From Desulfosudaceae bacterium (GTDB taxonomy: Bacteria > Desulfobacterota > Desulfobacteria > Desulfobacterales > Desulfosudaceae): a DNA stretch of 64,000 nt. Positions 42,532 through 51,952 of the stretch are shown here, piece after piece (the stretch's first letter is position 1; every line of letters begins with the position of its first letter). The stretch lies in NCBI GenBank assembly GCA_963674745.2, contig CAXXDV010000003.1, forward strand, positions 1,376,001 through 1,440,000, in the 5' to 3' direction. The position numbers and the translations under genes were made by a program. Under the pieces are notes generated by a model. The model searched no databases and was not told the origin of the DNA. It saw only the letters and a program-made list of their open reading frames with translations.

Positions 42532-45171
42532 ATGCTGATTAATACAAGAAAAACCACACAACCGGGACGAAGAACGATCATCGTCGGTATCGTTATCTGG
42601 TGTGCCGCATGCCTGTTGGCAGGTTGCGACAGTACACCCTCCTATAACGCCCTGAGCAACAGCGGTGAGACAACCCAGGACGACTCTCAGACAGGCACCA
42701 CCCTGGCCCGTTTCACCCTGCCCAATGAAATCTCCGCCGTGCCGGCCGGCGTGGACAGTAATGGCAACACAACCGCCAGTGTCATTTACAGGGCGGCCAT
42801 GAATCCGGGAACGGATTATACCAATGCGGTCACACAACGATATATCGAGGAAAAGAGCCTTCATCATTGTGAAACCCTGGAATCCATTCTGGAACTGCTC
42901 GCCCAGACAAACTACACCGACGAAATTGACCAGGGGCCATATCGGGTCATCGTCGCCATCCGGGAAGCAGAAGGCGGGCGCATGTATACGCACCTCAAGG
43001 AGTGGGTTGTTCAATCGGATTCAATTCGCGAAAACGGCCGCAACGCGCTCAGGATCCGCATCTGGATGGAAGTTGAATATGCTTATTTAAAAGGGGAATT
43101 CAAGGTCTTTACCCCTCCGACCCGCAATGACGACGGTTCTTATGAAAACTACGGCGAATGGACGATTAACCTGAAATATGATGAAACCGGCGAAGAAGAC
43201 TATATCACTGCCTCCTGCACAACAACCGCCGACGGGCTTTCCCTGATCAAGCTCTACGAAAAGTTTTCCGGCCATAGCGAAGAGGGCGGAGAAGACCAGC
43301 CCACCCGGGTAAAAGCCATTATGTACCGTTCGGCCTCCAGCGGGTACGGAAAAGTGTTTTATCCCGATCTTGACGAATACTACTGTCCGGATTTTGAGAC
43401 CGGCTCCGAAATTCCCCACAAAACGTCAGTTTATGCCTACGACCAAGACACCCTTGCCGTTCAAGTGGGAAGCGGCAGCGTGGTCTATAAAGACAGAAAT
43501 ACCATCGTGCCGGTAACGCTTCAATATGGCGTGTATGATTCGGAAACCGGCAATGATGTCTTGAAAACCAGAAACTTCGGTTTCCCGGTCAAGTATACCG
43601 AAAACAACATGACCCGTCATGCATACTACGCCGCGTTCGACGGTCGTCATGAATTAATAAATGAACAAGGACTTCCGCTTTCTCAAGGGACCGTTGTTAC
43701 CCGCGAAGATACGCCTCCGGACCAGACACCGGTTACATACACAGTCGGTGAAACATTTGAAGGGGTCCTGGTTAAAAGCAATTATGAAGAAGCCCGGCTC
43801 GATGATATTAAAGGCGTCCCCCTGGAATGCTGGGTGGATCAGGAATTCAATCTGCACTATAATTTTGACGCTGAGAAATGGTATTACTGTCCCCGCGTGG
43901 ACTGGTCCACAGACCCGCCCACCTGTTTATCCGGAGATGAACCATTTGACAATATCGTCGGCCTGAGAACACTGATCGTTGGTAAAAACAACTTCATGAA
44001 AATGGTGGAAATCTGGGGCTGGGATGAAACGGATCAGCAAGAGGTGCAGTTCGTTTACGAAGCGGCCGATACCGCCAACGGCATTACCGCCGGGTTCTAT
44101 GAAGCCGAAACCGTCTTAAACGACAAGCTGGAACCGATCACGCAGGCAAAAATACCACGGGTCAAGCTCGATACGGAAAATATCACCCACCTTTATATTT
44201 ATATCGGCGGCAGTATTTACATCGAATATCAGGGGAGTGTTGTCGGATGGGTTGAAAAGCAGCTTGATTATTTCGATCAACGCGTCTGGAAACCGGTTTT
44301 CGTCAAAGACGGCGATCAGCCATTTGTTATGCCGGAGGGTAAAGAGTTTTATATCAACTCCCAGGGCGTCAATTATGTCGTTGCAAAAACCGCCGACGGA
44401 TTTGAAGTCTCCAAAGAACTCCAGACGGTATGCAATCCGGTCAATGCCGATAAAATAGTGCCTGACGGTACGGTTTTTTATGATTCCTGGAACCCCGATT
44501 ACAACTCGACTTATGAATTTATCACCGATCCGTCCAGTCAATATTATCTCATGCTGGTATACAGGTCCATTGGCGACAATGACCGGGACGTAAACGGAGA
44601 ACCTCTTGAGGGCGCGGAAGTTGGCAAACCGGCCAGGAGTATCTGGGGGCTTGAAGCCGAAATTGACGGGGAAAACGAATGGTTCAACTGGGAGCGGCCT
44701 GAATTTGACGGTGACTGGGGAACCGTCACATTTCTGATGAACGGCGCCACCTACATTTTGATCGATGACCCCATGATTTTCAGCCCGATTACCGTTACCC
44801 GGCTTGACGGCTCAACCCGGAAACTGACCCTGATGTACGACGGATGGTTAAGCGGGGTCCCTTACGCGGAAGATCTTCTGGAAGAAGCCGGGTGGCAGAT
44901 GACCGATGCCATAAAAGAAAAAGTCATTAACCTGCCGGCCGGCACAACGGTTCAGGAATCGTCAACCGGCATCAGCTATCTCATAAAACCCCTGGAGATC
45001 AGCCTGTTTTTAACACTGACCGGTGATCCCGGAAATCTGAATATTATCGACGCCCAGAACCTGGATCTGGCTGAAGTCCCGATTTATGCCGAACACGGCA
45101 TGGGTAATATGCCGGAAAACGCGGAACTTAAATATATTGAAGGGGTGCCTCTGGAAGAAGATGATACATAA
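42532..45171 (+). CDS. Large acidic lipoprotein of unknown function
   Basis: Lipobox LLAGC, 879 aa, Tyr/Asp/Glu/Thr-rich; SD AAGGAG. Confidence 0.75.
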   Translation: MLINTRKTTQPGRRTIIVGIVIWCAACLLAGCDSTPSYNALSNSGETTQDDSQTGTTLARFTLPNEISAVPAGVDSNGNTTASVIYRAAMNPGTDYTNAVTQRYIEEKSLHHCETLESILELLAQTNYTDEIDQGPYRVIVAIREAEGGRMYTHLKEWVVQSDSIRENGRNALRIRIWMEVEYAYLKGEFKVFTPPTRNDDGSYENYGEWTINLKYDETGEEDYITASCTTTADGLSLIKLYEKFSGHSEEGGEDQPTRVKAIMYRSASSGYGKVFYPDLDEYYCPDFETGSEIPHKTSVYAYDQDTLAVQVGSGSVVYKDRNTIVPVTLQYGVYDSETGNDVLKTRNFGFPVKYTENNMTRHAYYAAFDGRHELINEQGLPLSQGTVVTREDTPPDQTPVTYTVGETFEGVLVKSNYEEARLDDIKGVPLECWVDQEFNLHYNFDAEKWYYCPRVDWSTDPPTCLSGDEPFDNIVGLRTLIVGKNNFMKMVEIWGWDETDQQEVQFVYEAADTANGITAGFYEAETVLNDKLEPITQAKIPRVKLDTENITHLYIYIGGSIYIEYQGSVVGWVEKQLDYFDQRVWKPVFVKDGDQPFVMPEGKEFYINSQGVNYVVAKTADGFEVSKELQTVCNPVNADKIVPDGTVFYDSWNPDYNSTYEFITDPSSQYYLMLVYRSIGDNDRDVNGEPLEGAEVGKPARSIWGLEAEIDGENEWFNWERPEFDGDWGTVTFLMNGATYILIDDPMIFSPITVTRLDGSTRKLTLMYDGWLSGVPYAEDLLEEAGWQMTDAIKEKVINLPAGTTVQESSTGISYLIKPLEISLFLTLTGDPGNLNIIDAQNLDLAEVPIYAEHGMGNMPENAELKYIEGVPLEEDDT

Positions 45172-45178
45172 CCGTTTA

Positions 45179-46384
45179 TCATCTGCCCGCTTCGCCGGTT
45201 GAAAATAACATTTTCAAATCCACCCCTGTCCAGTCCTGAAAACCGGGCACTTTAACCCAGAGTGCCCGGTCTTCGGGAACGGCTATGATCTGGTAAACCG
45301 TTCGTATGCCGCCTTCCAGCGGCCAGGTGGCACCGCCACCGGCCATGGGCGTATCCAGGATTTTCATCATGATTGACGGCCCAAAACGGCCCTTATTCTT
45401 TTGCCCCAGTGCCAGAAGGTTCTCCCGCCGCAAAACTGATTTAAAGCCCGTATTCTGCTGCAGCACAACACCCCAGGACGGGTCGACAAAGTGATTGGTC
45501 TCTACCAGCAGGCCCTCAACGTCACCACAACGTTTTTTAAGCCCAAACGGTGGCCATTCGTAAGCACAGGCGGACTCGCTGTCGGCAACATTGATAATAA
45601 AAGTAAAATCGGGACGGGTGGTTTGAAACGCTGCGTCAAGCTGCTTCCTGGTGTCGCAGTCTATCAGAAAAGCCAAAAGGTTGGCAATCGCCGGTACCCG
45701 GTTTGAGAAGCTGAGGCCGCCTCCCGAAGGCAGGCCATTGTTCAACTCCAGAAACAGGCTCTTTTCATTTATGCCCGTGGTAACATAAATCACTCCGGCG
45801 AATGTGACAATAGCCGTAGAAATACCGGAATCCGGATGAAAAACAGTGACCGTCAGGTTGCGGGCAAAATCAGCATAGCTGTCAAACCAGTCATAGTTCC
45901 GGCCGGCGATCAAAGGGCCGTGTTTCGTATAGTCCCCCCAGGCAAATATGCCGGAACATCCTGACATCGTGCCGTACAGCTCCAGCGCATTGAGAAGGAG
46001 CTGCTGATCCAGAAAAAGCCCTGAAGTTTCTGCCATGCCGAGAATTATGTCTTTGAAACGCTGGGGATAAAATTGAAATAATCCTTCTGCTGCCTGTTTC
46101 ATGGTCTCCTGTGAAAGGCCTTTTTCCTCCATAAAATATTTGACCACGGCCCGGGAATAAAGGTCCTGCAGTTCTTCAGCCAACAGGTAGCCGTACTGAC
46201 GCCCCATCTGCCGCCAGGTGCCATGCAGGTCCAGCACGGGGATCTTACCGGAGCGATAAAGGGTCCCGCCCTCAAAAACTTTAACCGGTCCAGATAAAGG
46301 TAAATTGCCAGCACGGCTGGTTTCAATCATGAATCCGATCAGGGTCAGACAGACAACAAATAAAATCCACCGGGATTTTTTCAT
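45179..46384 (-). CDS. C45-family Ntn hydrolase/acyltransferase, exported
   Basis: Signal peptide; G|CSG autoprocessing site, GRNYDW, TGINE, TNHF. Confidence 0.85.
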   Translation of the reverse strand: MKKSRWILFVVCLTLIGFMIETSRAGNLPLSGPVKVFEGGTLYRSGKIPVLDLHGTWRQMGRQYGYLLAEELQDLYSRAVVKYFMEEKGLSQETMKQAAEGLFQFYPQRFKDIILGMAETSGLFLDQQLLLNALELYGTMSGCSGIFAWGDYTKHGPLIAGRNYDWFDSYADFARNLTVTVFHPDSGISTAIVTFAGVIYVTTGINEKSLFLELNNGLPSGGGLSFSNRVPAIANLLAFLIDCDTRKQLDAAFQTTRPDFTFIINVADSESACAYEWPPFGLKKRCGDVEGLLVETNHFVDPSWGVVLQQNTGFKSVLRRENLLALGQKNKGRFGPSIMMKILDTPMAGGGATWPLEGGIRTVYQIIAVPEDRALWVKVPGFQDWTGVDLKMLFSTGEAGR

Positions 46385-46425
46385 TTTTCCCCTCTTTCAT
46401 CTGTTCTTTTTTTAAAAGGCATTGA

Positions 46426-46502
46426 GGGTATCTCTAAAAATTAGAATTTTGGTTTGAGCACAACGCCGACATCGGGCCAAAAGGCAATTTTTAGAGGTGC
46501 CC
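46426..46502. mobile_element. 77-bp MITE-like element
   Basis: 17-bp terminal inverted repeats GGGTATCTCTAAAAATT / AATTTTTAGAGGTGCCC (15/17) flanked by a TTGA direct repeat (46422-25, 46503-06). Confidence 0.7.
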
Positions 46503-46812
46503 TTGAGTCTTAATTGATTACCACTCAATAACACGCCGAATCGCGGATGATCAATTATAATTCTGTCCGGCTTTGTTTCCGTACTTTTTCATTTATTTCC
46601 GACCAGCAGCCGCAACAACTTGTTTTTACATTGTGTGTAGTATATATTAAGCAGAAATTTATCACGGGATATACCAACCCGGATATTTCATGAAATTTTC
46701 GGGCTAATTATCCTGCCCCGATACAAACGACCTTAAGAAGATATAGGCAAGTGACACGTCATTATTTCTTTATTGACGCGACTCGCCAAAATACTGAGCA
46801 GGATCCAGTAAT

Positions 46813-47412
46813 ATGATTATTGCCTGTCACGAATGTGATCTGCTGAATTCCGTAATTGATATTCCGGTCGGCACCACTGCCCGGTGCGCGCGCTGTGGGG
46901 TCGCGTTATATTCCAGAAAAAAGAACAGCATTGAACGCACGCTGGCCTGGGCCATAGCCGGCCTGGTATTTTTTGTCCTGGCCAACGCATATCCCATACT
47001 GATAATGAAAAGCGAAGGCGTTCTTTCTGAGACCACTTTATTTGAAAGCGTAAAAGCCCTTTACGCTCAGAATATGTGGGGTGTCGCGGCACTTGTTTTC
47101 ATTACCTGTATTCTTGTTCCCTTCATCCAGCTTGCAGGTCTGCTGTATATTCTCATACCCATACGGTTGAATCATTCGGCATGGCAAGCGCCATTGCTCT
47201 TTCGCTTTTTACGAAAACTGCAGCCATGGGGAATGATGGAAGTGTTTATGCTGGGTATCCTGGTTTCCATTGTAAAACTATCCGATATGGCGGCGGTCAT
47301 GCCGGGGTTCTCTTTATACGCATTTGCCGCGCTCGTCCTGGTTCTGACCGCGACTGTTTCATCTATGGATCCCTATCTGATCTGGGAAAAAACAGGAGTC
47401 CGGCATGACTGA
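46813..47412 (+). CDS. pqiA: Paraquat-inducible protein A (split, first half)
   Basis: CHECD...CARCG, ANAYP, PWGMMEVF. Confidence 0.92.
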   Translation: MIIACHECDLLNSVIDIPVGTTARCARCGVALYSRKKNSIERTLAWAIAGLVFFVLANAYPILIMKSEGVLSETTLFESVKALYAQNMWGVAALVFITCILVPFIQLAGLLYILIPIRLNHSAWQAPLLFRFLRKLQPWGMMEVFMLGILVSIVKLSDMAAVMPGFSLYAFAALVLVLTATVSSMDPYLIWEKTGVRHD

Positions 47413-48043
47413 GACGTCCATGATCGCCATGAATTCGTCCCTGACATCATGTCAATCCTGCCATCTTTTATGTCAGATGCCAGAGGTCGATAACTGGCAT
47501 CATGCTACCTGCCCCCGTTGTGGAGAAAGGCTTCATGTCCGTAAACCCAACAGTATCGTACGCACCTGGGCCTTATTGCTGGCGGCCTATATTCTTTATG
47601 TTCCCGCCAATGTATTTCCCATCATGAAGGTCACTACTTTGGGCTACACTGAAAGCGATACCATTCTTTCAGGTGTTTTTTATTTCATTGAAACCGGTTC
47701 CTGGCTTATTGCCATTATTATCTTTACCGCCAGTATTTTTATCCCCCTGTTAAAGCTGTTGACACTGACGGGTTTGCTGATTTCGGTCAGAAGAAAATCT
47801 CGGTGGCGGCCACGTGACCGGGCCCGGCTTTACCGGTTGATCGAGGGCATCGGTCGATGGTCAATGGTTGATATTTATGTGGTGACCCTGATGGTGGCAA
47901 TTGTAAAGATCGGTGCCATTGCTTCGATTGAAGCGGCTCCTGCGGCTGTTTATTTCGCGGCAGTGGTGGTCATTACCATGTTTGCCGCTACGAGCTTTGA
48001 TCCCCGCTTGATATGGGATAATTTGGAGGATACGGATGAGTGA
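47405..48043 (+). CDS. pqiA: Paraquat-inducible protein A (split, second half)
   Basis: CQSCH...CPRCG, YVPANVFP, GRWSMVDIY, SFDPRLIWD. Confidence 0.92.
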   Translation: MTETSMIAMNSSLTSCQSCHLLCQMPEVDNWHHATCPRCGERLHVRKPNSIVRTWALLLAAYILYVPANVFPIMKVTTLGYTESDTILSGVFYFIETGSWLIAIIIFTASIFIPLLKLLTLTGLLISVRRKSRWRPRDRARLYRLIEGIGRWSMVDIYVVTLMVAIVKIGAIASIEAAPAAVYFAAVVVITMFAATSFDPRLIWDNLEDTDE

Positions 48044-49664
48044 TACAGGCTACACGGCAGGCCACGTACCAGAGGCTGCTGAAGCGAATGTCAGCAAAAA
48101 TCAATCCATATCCATCGTATGGATTGTCCCACTGGTGGCGCTGATTCTCGCCGGCTGGCTGGTGTTTAAGGCCCTTACTGAAAAAGGGCCGGAAATTACA
48201 ATAACCTTTAAGAATGCGCAGGGCCTTGAAGCAGGTACCACCAAAATCAAATTCAAGGATGTTGAAATTGGACGGGTCGAGGCGATTAATCTGAGTGAGG
48301 ATTTGTCTCATGTGGTTTTGAAGGCCAGGTTGGTTAAGGGCTCAGAGCATTACCTGACCGATCACACAAAATTCTGGGTGGTCCGCGCCCGTTTGTCCGC
48401 CCGGGAAGTCACCGGTTTGAACACGCTTTTTGAAGGCGCCTACATTACCCTTGACCCCGGGAAAATCGGAAAGTTCTGTGAAAACTTTGAGGGTCTCGAA
48501 CGGCCGCCGGTAGTCACAACGGATCTGCCCGGAAAACATTTTACATTAAAATCAGAACAGCTGGGTTCCATCGATATCGGATCCCCGGTTCACTTTAAAC
48601 AGATCAATGTCGGGCAGGTCGCCAATTACAAACTGGATGATGACGGCCGGCATGTGACCATAACCGTTTTTATCAATGCGCCTCACGATAAGCTGGTTTA
48701 CAAATCCACCCGCTTCTGGAACGCCTCAGGTGTGGATGTGAAAATGGATGTGGGTGGTATAAAAATTGACACCCAGTCCCTGGTCAGCATGATGATCGGT
48801 GGCGTTGCCTTTTATACGCCTATAAGCGCAGAGCAACTTCAGCCCGCATCAAGTGATGACATTTTTGTCCTCTATGAAAACCGCCAGAAGGCACGGGAAC
48901 AGGCTTATCCCATAAAACATTACTGGATGCTCAACTTTACAGGTTCCGTAAGAGGCCTTTCGCCGGAATCAACGGTGGAGTTCAAAGGCATTACCATCGG
49001 CAAAGTCGTGAGCGTCGCTTCTCATTTTAACATCAACACGGACGATCTTTCTTATGCCATCCCGGTCCTGATTGAAACCGAACCGCAACGGTATTTGAAC
49101 CTGGAAAACATGAAAAACGAGAAGGAAATGTATCATTTTGCCGATCGTCTGGTGGACAAGGGGCTGCGGGCACAATTGAAAACAGACAACCTGCTCACCG
49201 GCCAGTTGTATGTAGACCTGGATTTTCACCCCGAAGCACCGGAGGCAACAATTGACTGGAGCGGCACGTATCCGATACTCCCGACCGTTCCCAAGCCGCT
49301 GGATGAACTGACAACTTCCTTGAACCGCATGATTGCCCGTATTGAAAATATGCCCTTTGAGGAAATCGGACAGGAAGCACGGCTATCACTCAAGAACCTG
49401 GGCGACGCCATCGGGTCAGCTAAGAATGTACTGAAAAAACTTGATTCCCAGATCGGCCCTGAGGCGGTTTCAGCACTTTCCCAGGCAAATAAAACCCTGG
49501 TTTCCATAGAAGAAGTCCTGTCTTCCGATTCACCGTTGAACACCGAGGCGATTCGCATGTTGGAAGAGCTGGCAGATACAGCCCGTTCAATTCGATTTCT
49601 GGCTGACTATCTTGAACAGCATCCGGATGCACTGATTTATGGAAAAGGAATGGATAATGAATAA
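48036..49664 (+). CDS. pqiB: Intermembrane transport protein PqiB (three MCE domains)
   Basis: SIVWIVPLVAL, GPEITITF, FWVVRARL, FWNASG, SVRGL, LEQHPDALIYGK. Confidence 0.95.
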   Translation: MSDTGYTAGHVPEAAEANVSKNQSISIVWIVPLVALILAGWLVFKALTEKGPEITITFKNAQGLEAGTTKIKFKDVEIGRVEAINLSEDLSHVVLKARLVKGSEHYLTDHTKFWVVRARLSAREVTGLNTLFEGAYITLDPGKIGKFCENFEGLERPPVVTTDLPGKHFTLKSEQLGSIDIGSPVHFKQINVGQVANYKLDDDGRHVTITVFINAPHDKLVYKSTRFWNASGVDVKMDVGGIKIDTQSLVSMMIGGVAFYTPISAEQLQPASSDDIFVLYENRQKAREQAYPIKHYWMLNFTGSVRGLSPESTVEFKGITIGKVVSVASHFNINTDDLSYAIPVLIETEPQRYLNLENMKNEKEMYHFADRLVDKGLRAQLKTDNLLTGQLYVDLDFHPEAPEATIDWSGTYPILPTVPKPLDELTTSLNRMIARIENMPFEEIGQEARLSLKNLGDAIGSAKNVLKKLDSQIGPEAVSALSQANKTLVSIEEVLSSDSPLNTEAIRMLEELADTARSIRFLADYLEQHPDALIYGKGMDNE

Positions 49665-50289
49665 AATTGATGATCAACGGCTCCGCCGAATATGGCACCC
49701 GGCAATAATCATATTGATTGTCCTCGTTACTCTGGCCGGCTGTCGGGGAAAAACCCGGCCGATTTCTTATTATACCCTGTCTCCGATTCAGTCGACGGTA
49801 TCAGATGCCTCCCAACAGCCAGAAAACGATGTTTCAATCGGCGTCGGGCCGATCAGTTTTCCGGAATATATCAACAAACCCCGGATCGCGATCCGCGACA
49901 GTTCCACAAAAATCCTGTATTCTGAATTTCATCGCTGGGCGGGGTTTTTGGAAAAAACGTTTCTAAGGGTAGTCGCCGAAGACCTGTCCGTTATTCTCGA
50001 CACCGACCTGATCGGCATATATCCCTGGAACGGTTCTTTTGAACCCCGATACCAGGTCAAGCTCGATGTTAAACAGTTTGACGGACAATTAAATGGTCAG
50101 GTAACGTTAAATGTCGTCTGGCAGGTTGTTGATAATTCTGAAAGCGGCCCTCCCATTGTCCGGCGTTCAGTCATCACTGAACCGGCAGGCGGTCAGGGCC
50201 CGGATGATTATACGGCGATGGTTTCGGCCCAGAGCCGAACACTGGAGCAGCTGAGCAGGGAAATTGCCGGTGTGATCAGCAAGGAGTAA
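49657..50289 (+). CDS. pqiC: PqiC family lipoprotein
   Basis: LAGC lipobox, YYTL, GVGPISFPEYI, HRWA; start placed at ATG 49657 overlapping the pqiB end. Confidence 0.9.
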   Translation: MNKIDDQRLRRIWHPAIIILIVLVTLAGCRGKTRPISYYTLSPIQSTVSDASQQPENDVSIGVGPISFPEYINKPRIAIRDSSTKILYSEFHRWAGFLEKTFLRVVAEDLSVILDTDLIGIYPWNGSFEPRYQVKLDVKQFDGQLNGQVTLNVVWQVVDNSESGPPIVRRSVITEPAGGQGPDDYTAMVSAQSRTLEQLSREIAGVISKE

Positions 50290-50314
50290 ACCGGGCGATT
50301 TTCCGGATGATTGG

Positions 50315-51949
50315 TTATTGAACCATGATGCCGCGGCGTTCCATCAGGCTGCCCTCGGCCAGGTAAAGTTTTACCAGGGCGATGCGATAATTTATGACCG
50401 CCCGGACTTCGGCGATGCGGCTGATCAGCAGGTCACGCTGGGCCTGGGCCACCAGGAGCGATGTACCGGCGCCGACCTCGAATCGCTCCTTTTCAGCATT
50501 GAGCTTTTCCTCTTCGAGTAAACGGGTGGCGTTACTGGCACTGATCTGCTTCCGGGCACGTTCAACTTCATTTGCGGCCAGCCGGACATTCAACTCAACC
50601 ACCTGTCGCAGATTGGCGACGGATTCCGCTGCCTGCCGGTAAGAAATCCGGGCCGCGTAATCCCTGGCTCTGGCCGTCCGGTCACCGATCAGGCCGTTCA
50701 GGCTGACACCGGCAGTGTAATCATAGGTATTTCCATCCAGTTCTTGAAAGGTATCAAAAAAGTTATCAGCGAATCCGGTCCGTCCCAGGCCGACAAAAAA
50801 ATCCAGTTGCGGCAGCAGCCCGTTCGCCGTCACGATGGTTTCCAGGCGATTCTGCATAAGCCGCAGGCGGGCTTCATTCAAATCGGGTCTGGATTGATCG
50901 GCCAGAAGAATACGATCCGCAAGGTCTTTTATCGGTTCAGCCGAAACAAACGGTTCAGAAACCGCTTTGATGTCAAGATCAAAACGGCCGTTTGTACCCG
51001 GGCTGATCTTGCGTAAAAGTCGCAGGCGCCTTTCCTCCAGGAGGCTTCGCGCGTCAATCAATGACTGTTCGTGGGTGGCCACCTGGGCACGGGCCGCGGC
51101 GGCCTCAGTCTCGGGCAGCAGGCCGACCTCTATTTTCTGTTCAATTTCATCCCGTTGCTGTTTCACCACGGCCAGGGAACTTTCAAAAATAGCGATTTCT
51201 TCTTCCGCAAGTACATATTGCCAATAAGCGATTTCACTGTCGGCCAGCAACGTCTCGATGTAGGCCCTGAGTTCGTAGATACTGGCACTTACACCCAGTT
51301 CCGCCTGACGTACACCGGCCAGGTTAACCATCGGGCTGAAGCCACGCAACAGGGCCTGGGTAATACTCAAACCGATCCGGGCGGTCTGCTGGTCCGGCGC
51401 CCGGTCAGATGTTTCCCGCTCATGACTGACAGTCGTTTCAATGGTGGTACCGGTCGGCAATTGCTGCCGAATCCCGATAAGGCTTTCGGTTTCAGTCCCT
51501 TTTACACCGAACTGTTCTCCGGTGGCCCGAGACGTTTCACTGGCTTTTTCTTTAAAATAGGTCCACTGAGCGAACCATTCCGGATCATAGGCACCACGTT
51601 CGATCTGTTCGAACGCCCCGGCCAGCGCCGGGTTTAATCTATTCACCCTGAGGTCCCGATTGTTTTGCAGGGTCAATATGGCCATCTGCTCAATGGTCAG
51701 TTTTAAGGTACCATCGGCCGAAGATATTTCCGGTAGCAGTTCCGCCGAGGCAGGGGTTTTCACGTATTCCGGAACATCCACTGCCGCAGCGGCCGGCGTG
51801 CCCGCATCAAGCCCTTTGATATCTTCGAGGGGGGGGCGGGAAGCGGTTTTAAAAACAGTCCATTGATCCACCGGCGCACATCCGATGATCAACATTGATA
51901 ATAAAAACAGTATTCCGGCAACCGGGCCGTTACAATGCATCAGCTTCAC
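50315..51949 (-). CDS. TolC-family outer-membrane efflux protein
   Basis: Lipobox IIGC; 'TLQNNRDL', two OEP helical repeats, 'ERFEVGAGT...VAQAQRDL'. Confidence 0.9.
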   Translation of the reverse strand: MKLMHCNGPVAGILFLLSMLIIGCAPVDQWTVFKTASRPPLEDIKGLDAGTPAAAAVDVPEYVKTPASAELLPEISSADGTLKLTIEQMAILTLQNNRDLRVNRLNPALAGAFEQIERGAYDPEWFAQWTYFKEKASETSRATGEQFGVKGTETESLIGIRQQLPTGTTIETTVSHERETSDRAPDQQTARIGLSITQALLRGFSPMVNLAGVRQAELGVSASIYELRAYIETLLADSEIAYWQYVLAEEEIAIFESSLAVVKQQRDEIEQKIEVGLLPETEAAAARAQVATHEQSLIDARSLLEERRLRLLRKISPGTNGRFDLDIKAVSEPFVSAEPIKDLADRILLADQSRPDLNEARLRLMQNRLETIVTANGLLPQLDFFVGLGRTGFADNFFDTFQELDGNTYDYTAGVSLNGLIGDRTARARDYAARISYRQAAESVANLRQVVELNVRLAANEVERARKQISASNATRLLEEEKLNAEKERFEVGAGTSLLVAQAQRDLLISRIAEVRAVINYRIALVKLYLAEGSLMERRGIMVQ

Positions 51950-51952
51950 TTT

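Noticed and set aside
46813..48043. Split pqiA as a pseudogene
   Set aside because: Both halves are complete PqiA units with overlapping start/stop; two-gene pqiA is a common arrangement.
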